From NCBI GenBank assembly GCA_965221695.1, contig OZ244905.1:1120001-1184000 (forward strand): 64,000 bases of DNA, written 5' to 3'. Within the stretch, counting starts at the first letter, position 1. Each line of letters starts with the position of its first letter. This stretch comes from Gammaproteobacteria bacterium. GTDB lineage: Bacteria > Pseudomonadota > Gammaproteobacteria > Eutrophobiales > Eutrophobiaceae. The notes below the pieces were generated by a model. It made no database searches, was not told the DNA's origin, and saw nothing but the letters and a program-made list of their open reading frames with translations. A program made the translations under genes and the position numbers. Positions 30,979-42,515 of the stretch are shown here, piece by piece.

Positions 30979-31884
30979 TTATCGTGTCAGGTCGCTGTAG
31001 AGAATTCGCAGGAATGTTTCGGGATTGATAAACCCCTTGCCCATCGTGTCGTCATAATCCGCGTTGGGCTGCATCTCGATGATCTGCTCCAGTGACTTGC
31101 CTTCTGCGATGAGGCTGTTCATGCGTGCCCGCACTGTTTCCAGCATCTCCAGGTAGCCTTGCAGGCCCTGTTTGTCGCCGAGCGGGCCATGTCCCGGAAT
31201 GATACGGGTGTTGTCCCCGACCAGGTCTATCAGAGTCTTGACGCTGCTGATCAGCCCGTCGATGGAACCGCCGGTTGATACGTCGATAAACGGATAGAAC
31301 CCGTTAAACCAGATATCGCCGGTGTGGATCACGTCGGCATTCACAAAATGAATAACACTGTCGCCGTCGGTATGGGAATTTTTGTAATGCACCGCGCGTA
31401 TTTGTTCCCCGTTCAGGCGGAAGGTCACGTTATCGTTAAAGGTTATGACCGGTAGCGCAGCTTTCGGAGAAGCCGGCACCACCTGCTTGAACGCGCCGAT
31501 TTCCGTATCCCTGGACATACGCTCGTAGACGTTGTCGTGCGCGACGATCAAGACGCCCTGTTTGCCCAGGTTCTCGTTGCCGCCGGTATGATCGTAATGC
31601 CAGTGGGTATTGACCACGAACCTGATGGGCCGATCCGACAAGGTTGCGATGGCGGCGGTGATTTTATCCGTCAGGGGAGCAAACTGATCATCGACTATGA
31701 ATACTCCGTCCTCGCCCACCGACACGCCGATGTTGCCTCCTTCGCCCACCAGCATGTAGATACCCTGCGCGACCTGGTGAGTCACAATCTCCACTGCGGC
31801 AAACCTGTCTTCCTCAGCATGCGCCCCAATGCCGAACACGACGGCCAGGATTGCCGGCAAGCAACTGAATAGCCTGTTATTCAT
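30979..31884 (-). CDS. exported MBL-fold metallohydrolase (cyclase-like)
   Basis: Signal peptide, GGNIGV, VDDQFAPL, NTHWHYDHTGGN, HTDGD, IIPGHG. Confidence 0.9.
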   Translation of the reverse strand: MNNRLFSCLPAILAVVFGIGAHAEEDRFAAVEIVTHQVAQGIYMLVGEGGNIGVSVGEDGVFIVDDQFAPLTDKITAAIATLSDRPIRFVVNTHWHYDHTGGNENLGKQGVLIVAHDNVYERMSRDTEIGAFKQVVPASPKAALPVITFNDNVTFRLNGEQIRAVHYKNSHTDGDSVIHFVNADVIHTGDIWFNGFYPFIDVSTGGSIDGLISSVKTLIDLVGDNTRIIPGHGPLGDKQGLQGYLEMLETVRARMNSLIAEGKSLEQIIEMQPNADYDDTMGKGFINPETFLRILYSDLTR

Positions 31885-32002
31885 TTCCAGCTCCGCAAAT
31901 CCAAAAGAGCAGTATACCTTAAGCTTGCCAATATCGAAAACAATCATCCGGGCAGTATGTTATAGTTGCCTGCCCGCAGATCTGATATGTGCAAAGAACG
32001 CT

Positions 32003-33541
32003 ATGAGCGAAGAAATCCTCATGAATGTCACTCCCCAGGAGACCCGCGTTGCGGTGGTGGAGAACGGCGTATTGCAGGATGTCCATATCGAAAGAAGCCG
32101 CAAACGCGGTCTTGTCGGCAACATTATAAAAGGACGCGTATACCGGATATTGCCGGGCATGCAGTCAGCTTTTGTCGATATCGGCCTGGAACGCACCGGT
32201 TTTTTGCACATCACGGACCTGGCCGAGACCATCGAAGATCCGGAAGCGGAGCCGGTGGCCGGAGCGCCGGCAGAAAGCTCAATTGACACCTTGTTGAGCG
32301 AAGGTCAGGAGTTGCTGGCGCAAGTTGTGAAGGATCCGATTGGCGCAAAAGGCGCTCGGCTCACCACTCGTATTTCCATTCCATCCCGTTACCTTGTGTT
32401 CATTCCCAACCAGACCGTAATCGGAATTTCCCAAAGAATAGAGGATGAGATAGAACGGGAACGCCTGCGCCAGGTTATTGTTCAGTACCAGGCTGAAGAG
32501 CAGCCGGTCGCGCTGGGCGCGGGCGGCGGGACGATACTGCACACCATAAAACCGGAGCTAGCCAAGGGCGGCTTCATCGTAAGAACCGCCGCGGAGGGCG
32601 CAGACGAAGAAGATCTGTGCCGAGACGTGGAATTTCTGCTCAAGCTTTGGGGCTCCATTTCCATCCGCGCAAAAAACACTTACGCGCCGGCATTGATTCA
32701 TGAGGACCTGCCCCTGGTGATACGCACCATGCGGGATTTAACCCATGGCGAAGTTGAAAAAATACGCATCGACTCCAAGGAAACCTACCAACGTGTAATG
32801 GAGTTCAGCAAACACTTTATTCCTGATTTCCTGGGCAGAATCGAATACTACTGCGGTGAACGGCCGATTATGGACATGTATTCCATCGAGGATGAGTTGC
32901 AGAAATCCCTGGGGCGTAAGGTACAGTTGAAATCCGGCGGACACCTTGTCATCGACCAGACCGAGGCCATGACGACCATAGACGTCAACACTGGCGCATT
33001 TGTAGGCCACAGGAATCTGGAAGAAACCATTTACAAAACCAACCTTGAAGCGGCCCATGCCATAGCCAGGCAATTGCGTTTGCGCAACCTGGGCGGCATC
33101 ATCATCATTGATTTCATCGACATGAAGGAGCCGGAGCATGCGCGCCAGGTGCTGCGCACACTGGAAAAACGGGTGGAAAAAGATCATGCCAAAGTCACCA
33201 CCAGTGAGTTCACCTCGCTCGGCCTGGTGCAATTGACGCGCAAGCGAACCCGGGAAAGTATGGAACAAATTCTGTGTGAACCCTGTCCAAGCTGTAACGG
33301 GAGAGGGACTATGAAGACTCCGGAAACTGTCTGCTATGAAATTTTCCGTGAAATTCTGCGCGAGGTGCGCCAGTTTGACGGCAACAAACTGCTCGTCATA
33401 GCAGCGCAAACCATTGTAGACAGGTTGATGGACGAAGAATCTGCCAGCGTGGCTGAACTCGAGGAATTTATCGGCAGGCCAATTACCTTTCAGGTCGAAC
33501 CACTCTATATCAGGGAACAATACGACATCGTGCTACTTTAA
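32003..33541 (+). CDS. rng: ribonuclease G
   Basis: MSEEILMNVTPQETRVA, S1 domain, TEAMTTIDVNTG, IIIDFIDM, C..C.G.G; precedes yhdP. Confidence 0.96.
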   Translation: MSEEILMNVTPQETRVAVVENGVLQDVHIERSRKRGLVGNIIKGRVYRILPGMQSAFVDIGLERTGFLHITDLAETIEDPEAEPVAGAPAESSIDTLLSEGQELLAQVVKDPIGAKGARLTTRISIPSRYLVFIPNQTVIGISQRIEDEIERERLRQVIVQYQAEEQPVALGAGGGTILHTIKPELAKGGFIVRTAAEGADEEDLCRDVEFLLKLWGSISIRAKNTYAPALIHEDLPLVIRTMRDLTHGEVEKIRIDSKETYQRVMEFSKHFIPDFLGRIEYYCGERPIMDMYSIEDELQKSLGRKVQLKSGGHLVIDQTEAMTTIDVNTGAFVGHRNLEETIYKTNLEAAHAIARQLRLRNLGGIIIIDFIDMKEPEHARQVLRTLEKRVEKDHAKVTTSEFTSLGLVQLTRKRTRESMEQILCEPCPSCNGRGTMKTPETVCYEIFREILREVRQFDGNKLLVIAAQTIVDRLMDEESASVAELEEFIGRPITFQVEPLYIREQYDIVLL

Positions 33542-33616
33542 CCCGAGTTTCTCACCAGGCCGCCTTTTGCTGCCGGTAATATTTTTCGGTTAAGGTCATT
33601 TGCATACTTTTTCAAC

Positions 33617-36600
33617 ATGACATTCGGATTTAACCTGCGAGCCTACCATGTCGCGCTCTACTTCGTTGGCGCGGTTGTGCTGCTGGCGGCGATACTGGTT
33701 ACCGGTGTACGCCTGGCGTTGCCGAATATAGGCCAGTACAAAAGCGAGGTGGAAGCATGGGCCGGGTATTACCTGCAACATGACGTCGCCGTGGATTCCA
33801 TCAGCGCGGAATGGCAGGGATGGATACCCAGCGTGCTGTTGCAGGGAGTGCAACTGCGCAGCCGGGACAGCGCCGAGGATATCATCGGTTTCGATTCCGC
33901 AATTGTGGAAATATCCCCGTTGATGTCGTTACGTAAACGCCAGCCGGCGCCCAGGCGTATCGTGATTTCAGGATTGGACGTATCGGTATCGCGCCTCGGT
34001 GACGGCACACTGCTGGTACAGGACATCAATATCGACCCGGAGGACGGCGCACGCGACAACGAGTTCGTCAGGTGGCTGTTCGACCAGGACAGCATAGAAG
34101 TGCGGGACACCACCATCACCTGGACCGACCACAAGCACCGGCAGGATGCCATTCGTTTCACCGACGTCAACCTGCTGATTCGAAATGGCCGCGCCAGGTC
34201 CCAGATGACGGGGGACATGAGTCTTCCCGGCAAATACGGCAAGAAGATGAATTTTGCGCTGGACGCAACCGGTGAACTCTGGTCGTCAGACTGGTCCGGA
34301 GAAATCTACGCGTCCACCACGCAATTCAACCCGGACAGTTGGTACCGTGAATATCGGCCGGAGCGGCTGACGCCAGCCGGCGGCAGCGCCGACCTGGAAC
34401 TGTGGAGCGCCTGGGAGCAGGCGCAAGCCGTGCAGGTACAGGGGCGCCTGGCATACCGGGATTTCGTCGTGCTGACCTCGACAAAAACCCTGAATGTCAG
34501 CGCGCTGGCGACGCGCTTCGCGGCTAGTAAGCTGCCTGACAGGGACTGGCATATCTCCCTGAAACTTGACCGGATGGAAACCGAAAACGGCGCCTGGCCG
34601 GCCGCGAACATGGAATTTATCCTGCCGAAGACGCCGGACCGGCGTTACGCGCTGAGCTTCGATTACCTGAACCTGGCGGACTTGGAGCCGCTGGCCACCG
34701 GCATCGGGTTTATTCCTGAAGCCGCCGGGGACATGCTTGCTACGGCGTCGGTACGCGCTATGCTGCTGGATGGGCTGATTGTCTATGACCGCCGTCCGGG
34801 GGCAAAACAGGCGCTGGTTTACGACCTGGGCTTCACAAACCTGGAGGCAGACTTTGGCCCCGGCCGGCCGGCCGCCGGCATCAGCTCAGGGACGCTGCGC
34901 GGTACGGACAGCCGGGTCGATATTTCCCTGAGCGGCGCCGGCGCGAAATTCAGCATCCCGGACTTTTACAGCAATGACCTGGCGTTCGACAGTCTTAACG
35001 GATCGCTGTCCTGGTCGCGCACAGCAGACGGCTGGACGCTGCAAACAGATGAACTTTTTCTGGAAAACCGCGAGATGTCCCTGGCGGTCAGGGGAAGCGC
35101 GAAAAACGCCGGCGCGCGCCCCTTACCGCACCTGGACCTGGTTGCCGAAATCCGCAGCAAGCGGCTGGAGAACATGTACCGGTACATGCCTTACACGGAC
35201 AAATTCCGCATCAGGGAATGGATGCAGCGGTCATTGCATGCGGGACATGTCGAATCTGCGATCGCGGTCCTGCGCGGGCGCCCTGACGAGTTCCCGTTCC
35301 GCAACAACAACGGCAGCTTGCGCGGGGTAGTAAACCTGTCCCAGGGCATTGTCGAATATTCGCAGAAGTGGCCTGCCGTGGACAATGTCGATGCCGGAAT
35401 ATTTTTTCACAACGAACGGATGACCGCACAGATTAGCCGCGGCAGTGTTTTCGACGCGCAGGTGACCGAAGCCAAGACCATCATCGAAGACCTGACCAAG
35501 CGCCCCAAGGTAGTCCTGCTCAACGGCAAGGTCAAGGGCCCGGAACGGGACATGGAGGCCTACATTGAACAGAGTCCGCTGGCCGAGGACGGCATTATCC
35601 GCTACGCCAACCAGTCCCTGGTGTCAGGCAACTTTCAGATGGACCTGGACATGCGCATTCCGCTCAAAGCCCCGCACCTGCAGCCCGTTATCAACGGAAC
35701 GCTGCGGCTGGAAGACGCAAAGTTGGTGTCGGACGCCGGCAACCTTGAACTTGAGCAGGTCAATGGCACAGTCGGATTTACCCGGGATTCCGTGGATGGG
35801 CACGGACTGTCTGCGATGTTTGCCGGGCAACCGGTGGCGTTGAGCATGACCGGTTCCAGGAATACGCCCGACATGCCGCCTGTTTTTGTCATAGACGGGC
35901 GTTCAACCGATGATGCTATCATCCAACAGGTCAGCGAACGGTTCCCTGGCGCGGCGCATTTCGCATCGAAGCTGGCGGCGCGTATCGCCGGCCATGCAGA
36001 CTGGCAGGCGCGGTTCATCTTCGAGCAGGACGCGCAGGCCCTGAGCCAGCGACTGGAGTTGGAATCCGATCTGTACGGACTGCAGTTGGACCTGCCCAGG
36101 CCGCTGTGGAAACCTACCTACGCGAGGCGGCCGCTGGTGATCAGAAAAACCCTGGGGGAACCCGTGCCGGCAGAACTGGTTTATGACTCCACTGTCCATA
36201 CAAAGCTGCAAACCCGGCCGGACGGGAGTCTCGAAAGACTGGATATCAACCTCGGAAACGGCTTCCGCACCGGCCCTGCCGGCGACGGACTGAACCTGAC
36301 GGGTCATACCGGCATCCTGCAGTTTGATGCATGGCGAGACGCGCTTGCCTTCTTTACTCCCGAACAGGGCGGCGGGACCGGTTTTTTCAGTTCGGCAAAC
36401 ATTAACGTAGAACTGGAAACGGGCCTACTGAATGTGCTGAACCAGTCATTCAAGGACAGCAGCATGCAAGCGAGCCGGCTCAACGGAGATTGGCGGGTCG
36501 CAGTCCAGGGAGAGAGCCTGGAAGGTGAATTGTTCCTGCCAAAACGCCCGTCGCCGGAAAACAGGGTAGAGGTCAACCTCGATAAACTGGCGCTGAGGAA

Positions 36601-37555
36601 GACCGGCGAAGACCGGAGAGCCGGCGCGGCCGACCCGAAAAAAATGCCGCCAATCCGGGCGGAAGTCGCCGACTTCACCTATGGCGACTATGAATTCGGC
36701 AGCATGCAGCTTGTGGCTGCGCCGACCGTGAACGGACTTTCCATCGAGGAAATCGGGTTTGCGACGCCGGAGATGACCATTACCGGAAGCGGCCTGTGGA
36801 ATAAGCCATTGAACCTAAGCAGGTCAGTCTTTAACATCAATGTGGAAGCCGAAAAACTGCATAAGATGCTGGCAGCCTTTGGCTATGACGATACCGCGAT
36901 CAAGGCCGGCAAAACGAAAATTGCCATCGATGCCGGCTGGGACGGCGGGCCACATGAATTTTCACTGGAGAAGCTGGCCGGCACGTTTGACATACGGATA
37001 AAAAAAGGCCAACTTCTCGAGGTGTCTCCTGCAGCGGGAAGACTCTTTGGATTATTGAGTATCCAGACCCTGCCCAGGAGGCTGACACTGGACTTTACCG
37101 ACCTGTTCGGCAAGGGCCTGGCTTTCGATAAGATAACCGGGGGGTTCAATATCACCAACGGCAATGCATATACCAATAACCTGCACCTGACCGGCCCCAG
37201 CGCCGATGTGCTCATCAGCGGCAGGACGGGCCTGACCGACCAGGACTATGACCAACTCGTCACCGTTACCCCCCAGTTCGCGAACAACCTGCCGCTGGCC
37301 AGCGCCCTGTTAGGTCCGGTCGGAATCGGAGTCGGCGCAGTGTTGTACCTGGCTGACAACATGTTCGGGGTAATCGATAACAATATCAACAAAATGCTGA
37401 GCTACCAGTACACAATCACCGGCAACTGGCACGACCCGAAAATAGAAAAAGTGAGAGCGCTGCAGGAAGACAAGCAGGTAAACACCTCTGGCACAGAACC
37501 CGCTTTGGACAAGCAGGCAAAAGTTTCCGACCCGGCTCTGCGGGCCCATCCCTGA
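33617..37555 (+). CDS. yhdP: YhdP AsmA-like intermembrane phospholipid transport protein
   Basis: 1312 aa, N-terminal TM helix, GRLFGLLSIQTLPRRLTLDF.DLF, Y.ITG.W..P; follows rng. Confidence 0.92.
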   Translation: MTFGFNLRAYHVALYFVGAVVLLAAILVTGVRLALPNIGQYKSEVEAWAGYYLQHDVAVDSISAEWQGWIPSVLLQGVQLRSRDSAEDIIGFDSAIVEISPLMSLRKRQPAPRRIVISGLDVSVSRLGDGTLLVQDINIDPEDGARDNEFVRWLFDQDSIEVRDTTITWTDHKHRQDAIRFTDVNLLIRNGRARSQMTGDMSLPGKYGKKMNFALDATGELWSSDWSGEIYASTTQFNPDSWYREYRPERLTPAGGSADLELWSAWEQAQAVQVQGRLAYRDFVVLTSTKTLNVSALATRFAASKLPDRDWHISLKLDRMETENGAWPAANMEFILPKTPDRRYALSFDYLNLADLEPLATGIGFIPEAAGDMLATASVRAMLLDGLIVYDRRPGAKQALVYDLGFTNLEADFGPGRPAAGISSGTLRGTDSRVDISLSGAGAKFSIPDFYSNDLAFDSLNGSLSWSRTADGWTLQTDELFLENREMSLAVRGSAKNAGARPLPHLDLVAEIRSKRLENMYRYMPYTDKFRIREWMQRSLHAGHVESAIAVLRGRPDEFPFRNNNGSLRGVVNLSQGIVEYSQKWPAVDNVDAGIFFHNERMTAQISRGSVFDAQVTEAKTIIEDLTKRPKVVLLNGKVKGPERDMEAYIEQSPLAEDGIIRYANQSLVSGNFQMDLDMRIPLKAPHLQPVINGTLRLEDAKLVSDAGNLELEQVNGTVGFTRDSVDGHGLSAMFAGQPVALSMTGSRNTPDMPPVFVIDGRSTDDAIIQQVSERFPGAAHFASKLAARIAGHADWQARFIFEQDAQALSQRLELESDLYGLQLDLPRPLWKPTYARRPLVIRKTLGEPVPAELVYDSTVHTKLQTRPDGSLERLDINLGNGFRTGPAGDGLNLTGHTGILQFDAWRDALAFFTPEQGGGTGFFSSANINVELETGLLNVLNQSFKDSSMQASRLNGDWRVAVQGESLEGELFLPKRPSPENRVEVNLDKLALRKTGEDRRAGAADPKKMPPIRAEVADFTYGDYEFGSMQLVAAPTVNGLSIEEIGFATPEMTITGSGLWNKPLNLSRSVFNINVEAEKLHKMLAAFGYDDTAIKAGKTKIAIDAGWDGGPHEFSLEKLAGTFDIRIKKGQLLEVSPAAGRLFGLLSIQTLPRRLTLDFTDLFGKGLAFDKITGGFNITNGNAYTNNLHLTGPSADVLISGRTGLTDQDYDQLVTVTPQFANNLPLASALLGPVGIGVGAVLYLADNMFGVIDNNINKMLSYQYTITGNWHDPKIEKVRALQEDKQVNTSGTEPALDKQAKVSDPALRAHP

Positions 37556-37564
37556 TCCAGTTAG

Positions 37565-38656
37565 ATGACCACCGGGAAAATCATCGTCGGCGTGTCCGGC
37601 GGCGTCGACTCCTCGGTCGCGGCGTTGCTCTTGCTCGAACAGGGTTACGACGTAGAGGCGCTGTTCATGAAGAACTGGGATGAAACCGACGAGCGCGGCG
37701 ATTGCATCTGGGAAGCGGATGTGGAAGACGCGCTGGCCGTCTGCGAAAAACTCGGGATCAAGCTCAATACCGTGGACTTGTCCGAGGCATACTGGCACAA
37801 GGTATTCCGGGAGTTCCTGCAGGAGTACCAGCGCGGGCGTACGCCCAACCCCGACATACTGTGCAATCAGGAGATCAAGTTCCGCGCGTTCCTGGACCAC
37901 GCAGCGTCCCTGGACGCCGCGGCAATTGCCACCGGGCATTATGCGGCCATCCGGCGCGATAACGGCGCCTGCCGGCTGCACAAGGGCGCCGACCGCAACA
38001 AGGACCAGAGTTATTTTCTGTGCCGACTCAACCAGGCGCAACTGGCAAAAAGCCTGTTCCCGCTGGGGACGCTGAAAAAGCCGGAGGTGCGCGCCCTGGC
38101 GCAACGCCATGGCCTGATCACCCATGACAAAAAAGACAGTACCGGCATCTGTTTTATCGGCGAACGCCCGTTCCGCGACTTTCTCAGCCACTACCTGCCG
38201 GTACAGCCGGGGCCGATTCTCGCGATTGATGGCGCTGAACTGGGCGAACACGCCGGGGTACATTTCTACACCCTGGGGCAGCGTCGGGGACTGGGCATCG
38301 GCGGGATCAGGGATTACCCGGATCAGCCCTGGTACGTGGTGGGCAAGGACGTGCCAAACAACACGCTGACGGTGGCCCAGGGACATGACCACCCGGCCCT
38401 GTACAGCCGCGGCCTGGTCGCGGCAAACATGCACTGGATCACGGACGCGCCAACGCTGCCGCGTAAATGCGCGGTGAAAACGCGCTACCGCCAGGCCGAC
38501 CAACCCTGTACAATCGAGCCGCTGGACACTGACAGGGTCAAGGCGCTTTGCGCCCGCCCGCAACGAGCTGTCACCCCCGGCCAATACGCGGTCTTCTACG
38601 ACGGCGACCAATGCCTGGGTGGCGGTGTGATCGAAACAACTTTCGGGAACCTCTGA
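37565..38656 (+). CDS. mnmA: tRNA 2-thiouridine(34) synthase
   Basis: [39 protein letters not shown]. Confidence 0.97.
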   Translation: MTTGKIIVGVSGGVDSSVAALLLLEQGYDVEALFMKNWDETDERGDCIWEADVEDALAVCEKLGIKLNTVDLSEAYWHKVFREFLQEYQRGRTPNPDILCNQEIKFRAFLDHAASLDAAAIATGHYAAIRRDNGACRLHKGADRNKDQSYFLCRLNQAQLAKSLFPLGTLKKPEVRALAQRHGLITHDKKDSTGICFIGERPFRDFLSHYLPVQPGPILAIDGAELGEHAGVHFYTLGQRRGLGIGGIRDYPDQPWYVVGKDVPNNTLTVAQGHDHPALYSRGLVAANMHWITDAPTLPRKCAVKTRYRQADQPCTIEPLDTDRVKALCARPQRAVTPGQYAVFYDGDQCLGGGVIETTFGNL

Positions 38657-38674
38657 TCAAGTCTCAGAGCTTCT
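38646..38674 (-). mobile_element. minimal MITE (fused ends) overlapping the mnmA stop
   Basis: GGAACCTCTGATCAAGTCTCAGAGCTTCT followed by CTAA. Confidence 0.65.
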
Positions 38675-38750
38675 CTAACCCGGAAAAGAAAATTTGACAT
38701 TCATTTTGAATATGCAATACTCGTTTGGTATCTGAAATCAACATTCAGTC

Positions 38751-38972
38751 ATGATTAACCGTACTTTAAGAACGATTCGCAACTTCGGTTCTGTCCTCAA
38801 TGTAGCGCCTGAAACCAGGTATGAGCAGTTAGTGCCAAGAGAATCGTTTAACGAACGCCTACGCTTAAGTTTTGAACGAACAGGCCTGGCTATTCGCCAC
38901 GCCATGGACATGAAAAAAGATGAGCAGGGAACGCAAAAAAATACAGGGCCAGTCTCAAACTTCAGAGGCTGA
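38751..38972 (+). CDS. small hypothetical protein in an AT-rich patch
   Basis: 73-aa ORF preceded by a TTGACA(38694)...AATACT promoter-like sequence. FGSVLNVAP resembles the small ORFs I recall upstream of DUF2335 genes. Confidence 0.45.
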   Translation: MINRTLRTIRNFGSVLNVAPETRYEQLVPRESFNERLRLSFERTGLAIRHAMDMKKDEQGTQKNTGPVSNFRG

Positions 38973-39129
38973 ACCTTTCATCTCTTCAGAAAACCATTCC
39001 AGGCAAGTCGTCCAGACAACATATAGCGGTCCTTTGCCGACTTCATCCGAGTTGGCTAAATTCGAACATATTGTTCCCTGTTGCAAAGTTCCCAACTGGT
39101 ACAGAGATTTTCAGGATAAAACCGATTAA
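38920..39129 (+). pseudogene. truncated DUF2335-like protein
   Basis: YSGPLP...LAKFEHIVP matches the start of DUF2335. The downstream AERI segment and the TM helices are absent. Confidence 0.6.
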
Positions 39130-39184
39130 TCGTCTTTGCATTGTAATATAAAGAAATCGAAACATAACATATAGAGGAAATAAG

Positions 39185-39844
<660 letters not shown>

Positions 39845-39847
39845 AAA

Positions 39848-42514
39848 GTGAATAAGGAGTTATCATTGATCGACACTACAACAACAGTTGAGGTAAACGG
39901 CAAAAGTTACCGGATTTATTCCCTGCAGGCGCTGGCCGAGCGGCATGACATCAGCCACCTGCCCTATTCCCTGAAAATCCTGTTGGAGAACCTGCTGCGT
40001 CACGAAGACGGCGCCAACATTTCCCGGGAGGACATCGAGGCGCTCGCGGACTGGGACCCGCAGGCAAAACCGGATCGGGAAATCGCGTTCACCCCTGCGC
40101 GGGTATTGATGCAGGATTTTACCGGCGTCCCGGCCATAGTAGACCTTGCCGCGATGCGCGATGCGATGCAGTCGCTGGGCGGCGATCCGGACAAGATCAA
40201 TCCACTGTCCCCGGCTGAACTGGTTATCGACCACTCGGTGATGGTGGATGTGTTCGGCACGCCGGATGCCGCGCAACGCAACGCAGCCATCGAGTTCGAG
40301 CGCAACCGGGAGCGGTATGAATTCCTGCGCTGGGGGCAGCAGGCGTTCTCCAATTTCAAGGTCGTGCCGCCGGACACCGGCATCGTGCACCAGGTCAACC
40401 TCGAATACCTGGCGAGGACGGTGTTCACCAGGCAGGTCAACGGCGCGGTTGAAGCCTACCCGGACACCGTCGTCGGCACCGATTCACACACCACGATGAT
40501 CAACGGCCTGGGCGTACTGGGCTGGGGCGTGGGCGGCATCGAGGCCGAAGCGGCGATGCTCGGGCAGCCGATCACGATGCTGATTCCCGAGGTCGTCGGT
40601 TTTCGCCTCAGCGGCGCATTGCCGGAAGGCGCCACCGCCACCGACCTGGTATTGACCGTGGTGGAAATGCTGCGCGAGCATGGCGTAGTCGGCAAGTTTG
40701 TCGAATTTTACGGAGACGGCCTGGACAACCTATCGCTGGCCGACCGGGCAACCATTGCCAACATGGCCCCGGAGTACGGCGCCACCTGCGGCATCTTCCC
40801 GATTGACCGGGAAACCATCGACTACCTGCGCCTGTCCGGCAGGGACAGCGAACAGGTTGAACTGGTCGAGGCGTATGCAAAAGCCCAAGGCATGTGGCGT
40901 GATGCGGACAGCCCCGAGGCGCGCTATTCCGCTACCCTGAGCCTGGACATCGGCACGGTAACACCGAGCCTGGCCGGGCCGAAGCGACCCCAGGACCGCA
41001 TCGCCCTGGCCGAGGTCGGGAAACGTTTCCGCGAGGGCCTGGCGGACATGACCGGCCGTAACGAACCGGCGCGCGCCGAAACAGCCGATTTCGAGTTGAA
41101 GGACGGCGCAGTCGTGATTGCGGCAATTACCTCCTGCACCAACACCTCGAACCCGGCCGTCATGGTCGGCGCCGGACTGGTGGCAAAAAAAGCAAGCGCG
41201 CGCGGGCTGTCCGTGAAACCCTGGGTAAAGACCAGCCTGGCGCCGGGTTCCCTGGTGGTCAGGGACTACCTGGCGCGGGCGGGGCTGAACGAAAGCCTGG
41301 ATGCCCTGGGTTTTAATATCGTCGGCTACGGCTGCACCACCTGTATCGGCAACTCCGGCCCGTTGCCGGACGCGGTCAGCCGGGGCATCCGCGAGGGCGA
41401 CCTGGTGGCCGCATCGGCGCTGTCCGGCAACCGCAACTTCGAAGGCCGGGTCCATGCCGAGGTCAAAATGAACTTCCTGGCATCGCCGCCGCTGGTGGTA
41501 GCCTACGCGATCGCCGGCACGGTGGATATCGACCTGCAGAACGATCCCCTGGGGCAGGACCCGAACGGCAACAATGTCTACCTTAAGGACATCTGGCCGA
41601 GCCAGGCGGAGATCAATGCGGTCATCGCCGAAGCCATCGATTCAGACATGTTCCGCAGTTCCTACCGGCAAGCCTTCGCCGGCGATGCCAACTGGAACGC
41701 CATCGACACCCCCAAAAGCAGCAGGTACCAGTGGAATGAAGCCTCCACCTACGTGCAGAACCCGCCTTATTTCGAGGGTATGAGCACAACCCCGGGCCGG
41801 ATTGAGCCGATCCGGAACGCCAGGGCGCTGGTCAAACTGGGCGACAGCATTACTACCGACCACATCTCTCCCGCCGGCGCCATCAAGGCCGACACGCCGG
41901 CGGGCCGGTACCTGGTCGGCATGGGCGTCGAGCCGCAGGACTTCAACTCCTACGGCTCCCGCCGCGGCAACCACGAGGTGATGATGCGCGGCACGTTTGC
42001 CAATATCCGCCTCAGAAACCAGCTTGCGCCGGGAACCGAAGGGGGCTGGACCACGCACCAGCCCTCCGGGGAGCAGATGACGATCTACGAAGCCGCGATG
42101 CGCTACCGGGAACAAGAGGTTCCGCTGATTGTGCTGGCCGGCAGCGAATACGGAACCGGCTCATCCCGGGACTGGGCCGCCAAAGGCGCCAGGCTGCTGG
42201 GTATCCGGGCGGTGATTGCGGTCAGTTTTGAGCGCATCCACCGTTCCAATCTGGTCGGCATGGGCGTATTGCCGCTGGTGTTCCAACCGGGACAAGACGC
42301 CGGCAGCCTGGGCCTGACGGGAGAAGAAACCTATTCCATCGACGGCCTTGAAACCGGCGCCGAAGAAGCGCTGATACGCGCGGTCGCGGATAACGGCGCC
42401 ACAACGGAATTCACTGCGATGGTGCGCGTGGATACCCCGAAAGAATGGGAGTATTACAACAATGGCGGCATCCTGCATTACGTGCTGCGGCAACTGATAT
42501 CCGCTTCGTCTTGA
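39848..42514 (+). CDS. acnA: aconitate hydratase A
   Basis: [53 protein letters not shown]. Confidence 0.97.
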   Translation: MNKELSLIDTTTTVEVNGKSYRIYSLQALAERHDISHLPYSLKILLENLLRHEDGANISREDIEALADWDPQAKPDREIAFTPARVLMQDFTGVPAIVDLAAMRDAMQSLGGDPDKINPLSPAELVIDHSVMVDVFGTPDAAQRNAAIEFERNRERYEFLRWGQQAFSNFKVVPPDTGIVHQVNLEYLARTVFTRQVNGAVEAYPDTVVGTDSHTTMINGLGVLGWGVGGIEAEAAMLGQPITMLIPEVVGFRLSGALPEGATATDLVLTVVEMLREHGVVGKFVEFYGDGLDNLSLADRATIANMAPEYGATCGIFPIDRETIDYLRLSGRDSEQVELVEAYAKAQGMWRDADSPEARYSATLSLDIGTVTPSLAGPKRPQDRIALAEVGKRFREGLADMTGRNEPARAETADFELKDGAVVIAAITSCTNTSNPAVMVGAGLVAKKASARGLSVKPWVKTSLAPGSLVVRDYLARAGLNESLDALGFNIVGYGCTTCIGNSGPLPDAVSRGIREGDLVAASALSGNRNFEGRVHAEVKMNFLASPPLVVAYAIAGTVDIDLQNDPLGQDPNGNNVYLKDIWPSQAEINAVIAEAIDSDMFRSSYRQAFAGDANWNAIDTPKSSRYQWNEASTYVQNPPYFEGMSTTPGRIEPIRNARALVKLGDSITTDHISPAGAIKADTPAGRYLVGMGVEPQDFNSYGSRRGNHEVMMRGTFANIRLRNQLAPGTEGGWTTHQPSGEQMTIYEAAMRYREQEVPLIVLAGSEYGTGSSRDWAAKGARLLGIRAVIAVSFERIHRSNLVGMGVLPLVFQPGQDAGSLGLTGEETYSIDGLETGAEEALIRAVADNGATTEFTAMVRVDTPKEWEYYNNGGILHYVLRQLISASS

Positions 42515-42515
42515 G

